A DNA stretch of 43,396 nt from an uncultured Candidatus Poseidoniales archaeon (GTDB lineage Archaea; Thermoplasmatota; Poseidoniia; Poseidoniales; CAYMED01), in contig CAYMED010000019.1 of NCBI GenBank assembly GCA_964389655.1, forward strand, positions 1 through 43,396, in the 5' to 3' direction. Under the pieces are notes generated by a model. The model was not told where the DNA came from. It made no database searches and saw only the letters and a program-made list of their open reading frames with translations. The position numbers and the translations under genes are program-made. Of this stretch, positions 1 through 9,700 are shown piece after piece; the stretch's first letter is position 1; each line of letters begins with the position of its first letter.

Positions 1-123
1 TCATCGCCGCTCGAAGGTCAGAGGATTCGCAAACCTCTTCCATTTCCTCAGAACCGAAATTCCATCATTCACAATGGAAATACCCCTAACCACGACCATT
101 ACAGGGACGGCTTAAATTATGAA

Positions 124-549
124 TTAACAACATCCGGCTTCACGGAGTGGGGCCACAACGAACTCCACTCGATCTATATCCTTGGTATTCTTCAGTTTCT
201 CAACCATTTCACGTATGGATTCCGAACTTCCCTTTATCTGCATAGTATCCACACACGTGTGACTAGAAGTGAGACAGTTGTGATGGTATGATGAGACCGT
301 AATTGAACCGGAGTGCCTCAATTCAGATAGTTTGTGCTCAATGCCGTGCTGATAGTAAATCACAGTGGTACCTTCAATCTCAACTCCATCTTTCATCGTA
401 CCCAAATCTCCCCGAAGAGTTGCTTCAGCAAAGTGGATACTAGCATCTCTCAGAAACATACTGCGATTATTGTATCCGGATCGCTCAACAAGGTGTTCCA
501 ACCTCTTGGCAAATTCCTTGTCTGTGCTGAATGAAAGAACACGGCTCAT
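124..549 (-). CDS. NikR-like ribbon-helix-helix metal-responsive transcriptional regulator
   Basis: N-terminal RHH (SRVLSFSTDKEFAKRLEHLVERSGYNNRSMFLRDA) plus an ACT-like NikR C-terminal domain (GTTVIYYQH...LRH...HHNCLTSSHTCVDTMQIKG). ATG at 549 preferred over the ORF-track start at 570. Confidence 0.85.
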   Translation of the reverse strand: MSRVLSFSTDKEFAKRLEHLVERSGYNNRSMFLRDASIHFAEATLRGDLGTMKDGVEIEGTTVIYYQHGIEHKLSELRHSGSITVSSYHHNCLTSSHTCVDTMQIKGSSESIREMVEKLKNTKDIDRVEFVVAPLREAGCC

Positions 550-582
550 AGTGCCACTAGATTCCCTCAATTAATAATATTT

Positions 583-590
583 TTTAAATA
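583..590 (+). promoter_or_regulatory. Probable archaeal TATA box (TTTAAATA) for a leaderless ZIP transcript, in an AT-rich divergent promoter region
   Basis: TTTAAATA lies at -30 to -23 relative to ATG 613, the spacing expected if transcription starts at or near the start codon. Confidence 0.55.
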
Positions 591-612
591 CATAATAATT
601 AAGTGGGCCGCT

Positions 613-1467
613 ATGACGGAGGCAAGCTTGCCAGTCGAACTAATTCTGTTAACTCTGATTTTATCTTTATTTGGTGGATTGTCGCCTATATTCAGCAAGA
701 TAAAGGAAAATAGAGAGACCATGCGTAGAATCACCGCTATTGCTTCTGGCATATTATTGGCTTCTGCCATACTTGTGGTCATCCCAGAGGGCTTTGAGTT
801 AGCCGCAGGGGGGCATGATAGCCACGATGAGGACGGCAATAATGAAGTGGCTGCTCTCGGAAGCCTAATCATTGGGGGGGCCATACTTGCTGGATTCGTA
901 ATGATGTTGATTATGGAGGGATTTGGAATTGGTCATGCAGTACACGAGGAACACCACGATCATGAGGAAAAGCACGGGCATGCTCATATCCACCATCAGG
1001 CCTCTCAGATGCTGCTCGTTCTTGGGCTATCTTTGCATTCAGCAGCAGATGGATTGGCCATTGGTGCTGCCGCAGCCAGTGGAATGGGGACAGTTACTGC
1101 ATTAGTGGTGTTCGCCGTCTTAGTGCACAAGGTCCCTGCAGCATTTAGTCTCGGAGTATTTGCTCTTCATGAGCGCGAAAATCGAAATGCAGCCATCAGG
1201 GATGTTGCTTTGTTCTCACTAGCAACACCGGTGATGATTCTCATTGCGTTCTTCGCATTCGAGGGCTTAGATGGGAAATGGATCGGTTTGGCCATGCTTT
1301 TCGCCGCAGGTACATTCCTTTATGTCGCAACGGTGGACACTTTGCCCGACATCCACAATCCAGAAACCGGCCGGAGCGCGCTAATTCATGTCCTCATAGG
1401 TGTCATCCTTCTTGCGGCAACATTGTTCATAGCAAGTGAAATTGGAGTTATTGGACATGCACATTGA
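613..1467 (+). CDS. ZIP (ZupT/Zrt/Irt) family divalent metal transporter
   Basis: About 8 TM helices, His-rich loop (HAVHEEHHDHEEKHGHAHIHH), LHSAADGLAIG and VHKVPAAF motifs, FAAGTFLYVATVDTLP. Confidence 0.93.
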   Translation: MTEASLPVELILLTLILSLFGGLSPIFSKIKENRETMRRITAIASGILLASAILVVIPEGFELAAGGHDSHDEDGNNEVAALGSLIIGGAILAGFVMMLIMEGFGIGHAVHEEHHDHEEKHGHAHIHHQASQMLLVLGLSLHSAADGLAIGAAAASGMGTVTALVVFAVLVHKVPAAFSLGVFALHERENRNAAIRDVALFSLATPVMILIAFFAFEGLDGKWIGLAMLFAAGTFLYVATVDTLPDIHNPETGRSALIHVLIGVILLAATLFIASEIGVIGHAH

Positions 1468-1541
1468 GGGTATTTTCGCTGTCTGATGCTTGGCAAACCC
1501 ATCCACAAGAATGGAATACCACGCTGGTCTTTGCTCAAATT

Positions 1542-4500
1542 ATGAAGCGAGCACTTGCTGTTCTCTCTGCTGGTTTGATGTTGCTCCCCTTGCTCTACAT
1601 CGTCGTCGAAGAAGATTTCACACATGGGCAATCTCAGTTAATGCAAGATATTGAACAACAGACGAGCCTTGCAGAAATTTTCGAATGGAATCCTGATTGG
1701 GAAAATCAGACGGGGGAACATCTCGTTCGAGGTGACCCATGGGTACGTCCCCACCCCTATTCATCTAGTGCCGATGACCTAGATGGAGATGGGATTTCAA
1801 ATGAAAATGATACACATCCTTTCGACACATCAATGGGTGATTCTTCATTTGGCATATATTGCAATGGATTGCGAGACGACCTGTGCCATAGGAAGGAGCT
1901 TTTCACGATTCCAGTAAGTGACGGTGTCCATTTTGATGCGTCAGGCGATGAAATGGACATCGCTGACATCGATGGTGATGGTGATCTAGACCTTGGGATC
2001 CTAGACAACAAGATTTTCAAAATCTACTCAAATGTTGACGGAGAGTTTGTGGATGAATGGCATGCATTTCCTCTGCAACATGATGGAAAAGACTTGACAA
2101 TTGCAGACTTTAATGGAGATGGTGATGTTGATGCTCTCGTTCTCACAACCCATTCACTTGCGATGGTTGAGAATATCCTTGATCCAGCGTCTGCCCCCTC
2201 TGATGTCTTTTCAGCGTCTGTTTCTGGTGCGAATTGGAATGGTGGATCATTCGCAGAATTCGAAGTTGATGATATCAACAATGATGGATTTTTTGACGTC
2301 ATCATCGCCAAAAACCCCGGTACATTTCTACTAAATGGAACATCGACAGGGTTTGAAAGCACAGTGGGCTGGGATTCACTTTCACGTGCGCCGACCCAAA
2401 ATAGCAATTCAATTGCGATTGGAGATATGAATGGAGATGGGCTAAAGGATCTGATTCACTTAGGACATAGTCCCACAGCCCAAGAAGTTGCCATCTTCGA
2501 AAATACAGCTCAAGGATTGTCTTCCACTCCATCTTGGAGTAGCAGTACGAATGGCTATTATTACACCGTGGAAGTCGCAGACATTGATGGTGATGGAGAT
2601 TTGGATATTGCCGTAAAAGTGTCAGGTGACACACGCGTATATTTCAATGATGACCATAACGGAATCGAACCACGGTTTTGGGATTGCGATCCCCGATCCA
2701 CTCATTCAATTTGCAATTCTTGGGGCGATAATATCGCAGTTGGGGATATTGACATGGATGGGATGGATGACCTCTTGGTTGCAGGGAGGGATGTCGAAGA
2801 TGGCATCTTTTCAGGACATAATATCACTGATGAATTTCAAAATAGGTGGCTCGCTCATCCCCACAACGAAGTAGCAGAGATTGAAAATATTCCTTGGTCG
2901 AGTGGCTTAGTCATGGATACTAGTGATGTTGCGCTGGAAGATCTCGATGGAAATGGGGTATTGGATGCAATCCTGCTAAGTGAAAGCAAGGGTTTGTACA
3001 TTCACCACGGTCAACAAAATTCGATTTCAGAAACAGCCGGATGGGTTAGCGATTCATCTTCAACGACCGAAGATATTGTTATCAGTGATGTGAATGGAGA
3101 TGGAACACTTGATATTATCACATCAGGGACGCAACTCGATAATTTACGTGTGTACCGAAATACAAATGGGGTAATTATCCCCAGTAGCACAACACCAGCT
3201 GCTTGGAATTCGTTGATCGCAGAACCTAACCCTTCAGTCAATCCAAGTTCTGGTTCTGGAACACATGGCACAACAGTTGCAGATATGAATGGAAATGGAT
3301 GGACAGAAGTTCTCCAAAGTTTCGTTGTGTCCGGATCAGACGCGCGGATTCGCCTGCTCGAATATGACTCTGCATCTGAACCAGGATTCACATTTGTAAA
3401 ATTAGGAAATGATTTGAAACCAAGCAATCTCCATGATCCAGCATTCTCAAATGGAAAGTATCGGCCAACAAATACATTGGTTGCCATTGATATTGATGGG
3501 GATGGAAATGATGAAGTTGTTGCGGGATCGAATTCCATTGCAGCTGGGAACACACCAGGATATGTCATTGATTGGAATGCGACAAGTTCAGATTTAGAGA
3601 CAAATTTAACGATTCTTGACACACCCGGTACAGTGACGTTTGATTCGATTCTTTCTTTAGATTCAAACCAAGATGGAAAAGAAGATTTAGTTGCTATTGT
3701 GGATGGAAATCCGACTTTATTCAACAACACCGGTGGCTGGTTGAATGCATCATGGACGGTGTCCGGCACAAATCTTGTTGACATCAATAGCGCAGATATC
3801 AATCGAGATGGTTTTGCAGATCTAATCCTTATTCGAAATGGAAATACGATGGAAATTCACTTTGGCAGCGACGTGGGATTTTCCACAGTACCCGATCAAA
3901 CCCATGTATCTGGCACCTTTTTTTCTGGAATTGAAAAAACCGAATGGGCTGACATTAATTATGACGGCTATCCTGAAGCAATATTGGCGATTGATTCTAC
4001 CACAAGAGGGAATGTCGCATTGTGGAATAATGAAGGAAACATCACACCAATGGTCCTTTGGGAAAGCGAAAATCAACAAAGCACAATTGACATTGAAGTC
4101 GCTGATCTCAATGGTGATGGGGCAGTCGACGTGCTGACTGGAAATAGAAATTCAAACAATTATGTCTACTTCGGAATCCTTGAGATTGATGGGGATGGAA
4201 TTGACAATGATGATGACATATTCCCAACAGACCCGACGCAATCAGATGATGATGATAATGATGGGTTTGGAAATTCAGAGCGCGGGCGATATGGTGACAT
4301 ATGTGCAAACACATATGGCACATCATGGAGAGACCGCTTTGGATGCGCAGATGAAGACGAAGACGGGCAATCCAACCTAAATGATGATTTTTGGAATAAA
4401 ATGAGCCAATGGCTTGATACAGATGGTGATGGATATGGGGATAATTACGATGATGAAACAGGGCGCAAAGCTTGGTGGCCCGGTGAATACATCCCCGGTG

Positions 4501-6473
4501 CGGTCTTGAGTGATGAAAGTCCACTAGACCGGGATGATGACGGATATGAAGACCAAAGACTAGCAGTCAAGGGTGCAGTTGCGCCCTATGACCAATGCCC
4601 ATCTCGTTATGGGACCTCAGTTCACGATGTAATTGGCTGTCCGGACTCAGATGGTGATGGTATCTCTGACTTGCAAGATGCATTTCCAGGAGATCGAAGC
4701 CAATGGAATGACACGGATGATGATGGTTATGGGGATCAAAGCAATGGCTCATTTCCCGATGCTTGTCCCTTGGTGCATGGAACTTCAGATGATGATCGGT
4801 TTGGATGTCCTGACCGCGATGGTGATGGGTGGTCTGACCTTGCCGACGACCTCCCTGATGATCCAGAAGAACAAGTCGATTCAGACAATGATGGCGTGGG
4901 AGATGGGGAGGATGAATGTCCCTTCAACTCGGGAGCTTCGACTCTAGATTATGTGGGATGCCCCGATAAGGACGGCGATGGGCTTGCAGATATTGATGAT
5001 GTTTTCCCAAACGACAAAACTCAGCACTCAGATCGTGATGAAGATGGGTTTGGGGATAATGGAACACCTGGTGCAAACCAGCCAGATACCTGCCCTGATG
5101 CAGCGGGTGAGTCATTCAGAAATGGCATACTTGGCTGCCCAGACTCTGATGGGGATGGATTTGCAGACGATGATGACGAGTGTGAAGATTACTTTGGCAC
5201 TTCAACATTCCAAGAACTCCGTGGCTGTCCCGACCAAGATGGAGATGGGCTTCCTAATCATGATGGTGATGGGGAAGATGTGGATATTTATGCTGGAAAT
5301 GCGCATGGGGGGACGCCACATGATTGGGATGGTGATGGGGAAGATAACTTTGAAGATGATTTCCCAGCGGACCGCACACAATGGGCGGATTCTGATGGAG
5401 ATGGATATGGAGACAATTGGGACCCTGCAGTCCTTGGCATATCACTTGCAATTTATACGCTTGAACGCTCAGAGATCGGTGCGGATTGGCCAGGTGAGTA
5501 TGTAAAAAATGCAACAAATATTGATTGGTTCCCCGACGATGAAGATTCTTGGAGCGATAGTGATGGGGATTGGTTTACCGACCAAACAGGATTGGATCAC
5601 AGCGACGTCTGCCCATTCACCAAAGGAACAAGCGTTACCCCCTGGAAAGGGTGTGAAGATATCGATCATGATGGAATCATGGATCTCTCTGACACGGACG
5701 CCGATGGAGACGGGATTGCGAATTCATTAGAGGAAGCAGCAGCAGCAGCAGAAGGTACCACTTACGATATTTACAATGCCTCTTCTACTCCCCTTGACAC
5801 AGATGGGGATGGAACACCTGATTCAATTGATACTGACGATGACAACGATGATTTCCCAGATATTATGGAAAAAGAGAGAAAATCTGACCCACTTGATGCC
5901 AATGAGACACCACTTAATGTTCTAAAAATAGGAGGTCAGGAAACATCAGGGGTATATTTCATTCCAGGAAAAGGATTCTCATCACAATATGACCCTGATG
6001 GATATGAAATGAGTTTGTCAATGGCTTTGTCTCTCATCCAATCCGAATTGCTTATTCCGATCATGATTGCACCCCTTTCCCTTTGGGCTGTACTTCGAAA
6101 AGGAAGGCGCTTCCGACGCATAAGAAAGCGGCTAACACGAGTTGATGAAATGGAAGACCTCAATGAATATGAAAGCAAGATCGATCACTTGATTGAGAAA
6201 AACAAGGTAAAAATTCAACATGGGATGTTATTGAGGAACTTGTATGAACGTCGAAAGGAGGAGATGGAAGAGGCATATAGAACTCCCGAATCAACCGCTT
6301 GGCGGAAAGACGCAGAAACAAATCGAAAGACTCTCGCAGAAGCTGAACGCTCAATGACTGGACCTAGCATGTTCACACGTACAATCGAAGAAGAAAATGA
6401 GGAAGAACCCCCTTCATCGTCTCGAGGGGGAGTAAGTCGCCCTGGCGGAGGACCCCCTGGCGGATATTATTGA
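1542..6473 (+). CDS. Large membrane-anchored surface protein with FG-GAP/VCBS repeats and thrombospondin type 3-like Ca-binding repeats
   Basis: N-terminal hydrophobic segment from MKRALAVLS (ATG 1542); many ADIDGDGDLD-type repeats; then DxDGDG...CP...GCPD repeats; C-terminal TM, basic stretch and cytoplasmic tail. Confidence 0.88.
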   Translation: MKRALAVLSAGLMLLPLLYIVVEEDFTHGQSQLMQDIEQQTSLAEIFEWNPDWENQTGEHLVRGDPWVRPHPYSSSADDLDGDGISNENDTHPFDTSMGDSSFGIYCNGLRDDLCHRKELFTIPVSDGVHFDASGDEMDIADIDGDGDLDLGILDNKIFKIYSNVDGEFVDEWHAFPLQHDGKDLTIADFNGDGDVDALVLTTHSLAMVENILDPASAPSDVFSASVSGANWNGGSFAEFEVDDINNDGFFDVIIAKNPGTFLLNGTSTGFESTVGWDSLSRAPTQNSNSIAIGDMNGDGLKDLIHLGHSPTAQEVAIFENTAQGLSSTPSWSSSTNGYYYTVEVADIDGDGDLDIAVKVSGDTRVYFNDDHNGIEPRFWDCDPRSTHSICNSWGDNIAVGDIDMDGMDDLLVAGRDVEDGIFSGHNITDEFQNRWLAHPHNEVAEIENIPWSSGLVMDTSDVALEDLDGNGVLDAILLSESKGLYIHHGQQNSISETAGWVSDSSSTTEDIVISDVNGDGTLDIITSGTQLDNLRVYRNTNGVIIPSSTTPAAWNSLIAEPNPSVNPSSGSGTHGTTVADMNGNGWTEVLQSFVVSGSDARIRLLEYDSASEPGFTFVKLGNDLKPSNLHDPAFSNGKYRPTNTLVAIDIDGDGNDEVVAGSNSIAAGNTPGYVIDWNATSSDLETNLTILDTPGTVTFDSILSLDSNQDGKEDLVAIVDGNPTLFNNTGGWLNASWTVSGTNLVDINSADINRDGFADLILIRNGNTMEIHFGSDVGFSTVPDQTHVSGTFFSGIEKTEWADINYDGYPEAILAIDSTTRGNVALWNNEGNITPMVLWESENQQSTIDIEVADLNGDGAVDVLTGNRNSNNYVYFGILEIDGDGIDNDDDIFPTDPTQSDDDDNDGFGNSERGRYGDICANTYGTSWRDRFGCADEDEDGQSNLNDDFWNKMSQWLDTDGDGYGDNYDDETGRKAWWPGEYIPGAVLSDESPLDRDDDGYEDQRLAVKGAVAPYDQCPSRYGTSVHDVIGCPDSDGDGISDLQDAFPGDRSQWNDTDDDGYGDQSNGSFPDACPLVHGTSDDDRFGCPDRDGDGWSDLADDLPDDPEEQVDSDNDGVGDGEDECPFNSGASTLDYVGCPDKDGDGLADIDDVFPNDKTQHSDRDEDGFGDNGTPGANQPDTCPDAAGESFRNGILGCPDSDGDGFADDDDECEDYFGTSTFQELRGCPDQDGDGLPNHDGDGEDVDIYAGNAHGGTPHDWDGDGEDNFEDDFPADRTQWADSDGDGYGDNWDPAVLGISLAIYTLERSEIGADWPGEYVKNATNIDWFPDDEDSWSDSDGDWFTDQTGLDHSDVCPFTKGTSVTPWKGCEDIDHDGIMDLSDTDADGDGIANSLEEAAAAAEGTTYDIYNASSTPLDTDGDGTPDSIDTDDDNDDFPDIMEKERKSDPLDANETPLNVLKIGGQETSGVYFIPGKGFSSQYDPDGYEMSLSMALSLIQSELLIPIMIAPLSLWAVLRKGRRFRRIRKRLTRVDEMEDLNEYESKIDHLIEKNKVKIQHGMLLRNLYERRKEEMEEAYRTPESTAWRKDAETNRKTLAEAERSMTGPSMFTRTIEEENEEEPPSSSRGGVSRPGGGPPGGYY

Positions 6474-9268
6474 ACTTCAACCCGCTCTTCCAGAGTCGGG
6501 GGGTGGATGCCATCATCGGTGGCAACGAGGCTTGATGCACCATTTTGCCGAATCACTTCCGAATTCGTCCAATCATCAAATGGCATTTCATGTTTGGGAA
6601 GTGGCTGCTGAACAAATTCTGTTGTTGAAGAACTAGGGCGCAGAAAAATGGCCAACAAAAGAATTAGAACTGCAATGCCCAGAGTTGTTCCCAACCAAAT
6701 TATTGCCGGGTTTGACATGTCGAGCAAGGCAGAACCGGCCAACTTTGACGAAGTGCGTCCTGAAGGGGATTCACAACCATCAGGGATCGCATCCCGGTCT
6801 TGGTCGATTCGATCATCATGTCCCTCACAGGAATCATGTGAATTTGCGACCCCATCTCCGTCAGAATCAATCAAAGAATCACACCCATCCGATATTCGAT
6901 CAGAATCAGCATCTTCATTGTCGTCATAGCCCTCACAAACATCTTCTGAATTTGCGACCCCATCCCCATCAGAATCGACCAAATTATCACACCCGTCAGG
7001 GATCGAATCTTGATCCTCATCGATGGAATCGTTGTACCCTTCACAAATGTCATCTAGATCAGCTATGTGATCGCCATCCGAGTCGAGCAAGGAATCACAG
7101 GCATCTGGAATTTGATCGCGATCAACATCTATCTTATCATCTTCATTTTGACACAAATCTGCGACATCCGATACTCCATCCCCATCATCATCTCCATCCT
7201 CATCATCATGACACCCATCGTTATCAAAATCCGAGGCACTTGAATTCTTTACCCCAAGGGGACAATAGTCCTGTAAATCAGGTATTCCATCTCCATCATC
7301 ATCTTCATCAGAATCGTCGATGCATCCATCCGAATCATGATCAGGGCCAGAATTGTCGAATGGGCATGGGTCAATCGCGTCGTTCATCCCATCTGAATCA
7401 GAATCAAGTTGAGTAAGTGAGCACCCTTCTGCATTGACCGACTCATTATGTTTGGTGTTTTGGCACTTGTCTATGAGATTCCCCACACCATCTCCATCAT
7501 TGTCGATTAATGAATCACAACCATCGGGAAGACCATCTTGGTCCTGATCAACACGGTCATCATATCCTGCGCACAGGTCATTGACATCTAAAACTCCATC
7601 TCCATCATCATCTTGGTCCTCATCGTCATGACAACCATCCAAATCTCCATCTAGGGAATGCAAACCAATCATTCCTTTTGGGCAGAGGTCATTGACATCA
7701 GAGACCCCGTCATTATCGTCGTCATCATCAGAATCGTCGATGCATCCATCCGAATCGTGATCAGGGCCAGAATTATCCAATGGGCATGGGTCAATCGCGT
7801 CGTTCATCCCATCTGAATCCGAATCTCGTTGGGTTGGTGAACAACCATTTTCATCTGCAATTTCAGTAGCAGGAGTGTCTGTACAGTGATCTACGCCATT
7901 GGAGACCCCATCTCCATCCTCATCCAATTGTTCCCATGAACATCCATCTTGATTCACGGTGGAATTCATTGTCCAAGGGCATAGATCATTTGCATCTTCG
8001 ATTCCATCATTATCCGTATCTGGGGTCCCAATCAATGTTTGCACATATTTTCCGATAATCAAGTGCATGGAAGCAGTAGGGTGGGCTTTGTCAAAATATA
8101 GATACTCGTCAACATTGTTTGCCACTGTGTCTCCTGAATTGCAAATTGGCAAAGGAAGAATACTACCTGATGATGAACAAGCTGAATCTGCAGTATTTGT
8201 TATACCTAGGTGGGATGCGTTTCCAACAATCTCGTTGAATAAGGTATGAACATCGATATAATCAACGCGAATATTGAGGGCTGAAATTAGACCAGTTACC
8301 CCCGCATCAAGTTTGTTATTGTACTCAACTACACCTGCCGCCAACCGATTTTGTTCACTAACACTTCTTGAGGAACCTTCCGGAGTTTGTTCAAGAGGTG
8401 GTAGGTTCGCAATTAAGAACTTCTCAGCACCTGCACTAGCAAGTGCAGTGATGTGGGATATCATGTTTGAGGAGATTACATCAGGATCTCCCGAACCGTA
8501 AAGAAAGTCATTTCCACCCGCCCATAACACAACCAATTCATCTTGACCGAATGTTGCTTTAACATTCGAGATATAGGAATCGATTTGAGTGCCCACATTT
8601 GGCAAAAGTACGTAACTGTAACCTTGCCCGGTTTGTGAACCCCCGAAGGCACGATTATCCCCTGAATTGGTGCTGGAACCGTAGGTTGTATTAATTCCAT
8701 ATGCTTGTGATAAATGCTCAATCCATACTGGACCATTCGAAAACCGTCCATTCCAATAGGGGGGTGTATCTGGTACATTCAATATGCTACTTTTTGCATT
8801 TCCCATATCGGAAAGGCTGTCTCCAAATACTAGAATATCCGATATGGTTGGGAGTATATTTCTTCGTATAACTGTAAAGTTTGAAGTTGTTTCAGCGACT
8901 AAATTTTGGCTTGAATATAGTTCAACATTTGCTGTATAGTATTGGTTACCTGAGAAAAATGAATGCATGGTATAATTTTTGATAGTCTGAGTTTTTTGCT
9001 GATACCAAACATCTTCAATACGTGCAACTTCTCCAAATGCATCCTCTAGGATGATGGAAATATCCAATGTAGTGCCAAACTGCACTCCTTTGACAATGAC
9101 TTCAACAGATAACTTCTCATCTGAAAACAAGATGTATTGGTCGAGTCTTATTTCAGCAGATATGGCCCTTCCTTCTGATGCAGAAACCCTTTCTAATGCG
9201 CCAAGGAAAATAATCAGCAATACAATGACTGCATTGCGCACAGAAAAATACAGATGGCCACCATACAT
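6467..9268 (-). CDS. Secreted SGNH/GDSL lipase/acyltransferase with TSP3-like repeats and C-terminal membrane anchor
   Basis: FGDSLSDMGN (block I), GRFSNGPVW, WAGGND (block III), FDKAHPT (block V); signal peptide; many DxDGDG/DxCP repeats; TM near the C-terminus. Confidence 0.92.
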   Translation of the reverse strand: MYGGHLYFSVRNAVIVLLIIFLGALERVSASEGRAISAEIRLDQYILFSDEKLSVEVIVKGVQFGTTLDISIILEDAFGEVARIEDVWYQQKTQTIKNYTMHSFFSGNQYYTANVELYSSQNLVAETTSNFTVIRRNILPTISDILVFGDSLSDMGNAKSSILNVPDTPPYWNGRFSNGPVWIEHLSQAYGINTTYGSSTNSGDNRAFGGSQTGQGYSYVLLPNVGTQIDSYISNVKATFGQDELVVLWAGGNDFLYGSGDPDVISSNMISHITALASAGAEKFLIANLPPLEQTPEGSSRSVSEQNRLAAGVVEYNNKLDAGVTGLISALNIRVDYIDVHTLFNEIVGNASHLGITNTADSACSSSGSILPLPICNSGDTVANNVDEYLYFDKAHPTASMHLIIGKYVQTLIGTPDTDNDGIEDANDLCPWTMNSTVNQDGCSWEQLDEDGDGVSNGVDHCTDTPATEIADENGCSPTQRDSDSDGMNDAIDPCPLDNSGPDHDSDGCIDDSDDDDDNDGVSDVNDLCPKGMIGLHSLDGDLDGCHDDEDQDDDGDGVLDVNDLCAGYDDRVDQDQDGLPDGCDSLIDNDGDGVGNLIDKCQNTKHNESVNAEGCSLTQLDSDSDGMNDAIDPCPFDNSGPDHDSDGCIDDSDEDDDGDGIPDLQDYCPLGVKNSSASDFDNDGCHDDEDGDDDGDGVSDVADLCQNEDDKIDVDRDQIPDACDSLLDSDGDHIADLDDICEGYNDSIDEDQDSIPDGCDNLVDSDGDGVANSEDVCEGYDDNEDADSDRISDGCDSLIDSDGDGVANSHDSCEGHDDRIDQDRDAIPDGCESPSGRTSSKLAGSALLDMSNPAIIWLGTTLGIAVLILLLAIFLRPSSSTTEFVQQPLPKHEMPFDDWTNSEVIRQNGASSLVATDDGIHPPTLEERVEVQ
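7305..7825. repeat. Near-identical 101-bp direct repeat (7305-7405 and 7725-7825) inside the GDSL gene
   Basis: Direct comparison shows 4 mismatches in 101 bp at 420-bp spacing; both copies encode DSDSDGMNDAIDPCP(F/L)DNSGPDHDSDGCIDDSD. Confidence 0.95.
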
Positions 9269-9491
9269 GGTGATTTCGATCCGGGTATCAAAGACAATTT
9301 ACAGATAATCGTTGAGGAAAGCAGTATCTACCCCCCCATCATACAAGGTCCCGAAATCAGCATTTTCAGGCGATATTTGGGTGAATTTCCTTTCTGCTGG
9401 GAGAGACAATGAGTGCACGGTCTCCCCACCTTGTACTTGCAAATGGCCTGTTTTCGAATCACCCCACTCCGTTGCCACTAAGGTTTTCTTT

Positions 9492-9700
9492 CTATGGGGT
9501 GGGGGGTGAATCATAGCGTGATTTTTGTGGACGCACAAATATGATTAGAAGAAGAATTAGAATCAGCGTGCCCAAGGCAATTCCGCTCCAAACGACTGAA
9601 CGTTTTGAAAAATCAATCAAATTTGTGCTTGTAACCTCGGAAGATGGAGGGGAACAAATGGCTCACAAGCATCAGGGATTCCATCATGATCCTCTTCGAC
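9492..9700 (-). pseudogene. Frameshifted remnant paralogous to the 3' end (last TSP3 repeat plus TM anchor) of the neighbouring GDSL gene
   Basis: Minus strand reads EDHDGIPDACEP in one frame and SEVTSTNLIDFSKRSVVWSGIALGTLILILLLIIFVRPQKS in another, aligning to DRDAIPDGCES...ALLDMSNPAIIWLGTTLGIAVLILLLAIFLRPSSS of 6467..9268. Confidence 0.75.

Noticed and set aside
1-123. Possible gene start or small ORF at the window edge
   Set aside because: Too short to assign a frame or product.
5736-5750. (GCA)5 microsatellite
   Set aside because: Short in-frame poly-Ala; slippage would not shift frame and nothing indicates phase variation.
4200-5900. Periodic GATGGNGATGG sequence suggesting a CRISPR or DNA repeat array
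   Set aside because: Degenerate at third positions and in frame with DxDGDG protein repeats; no constant repeat-spacer structure and no cas genes.
4108-7416. His-rich and Ser-rich ORFs (e.g. 4108..4524, 5254..5517, 6685..7416; also 28111..28461, 35994..36341)
   Set aside because: Shadows of GAT/GAC-rich Asp repeats read on the opposite strand (CAT=His, TCA=Ser); fully overlapped by well-supported genes.
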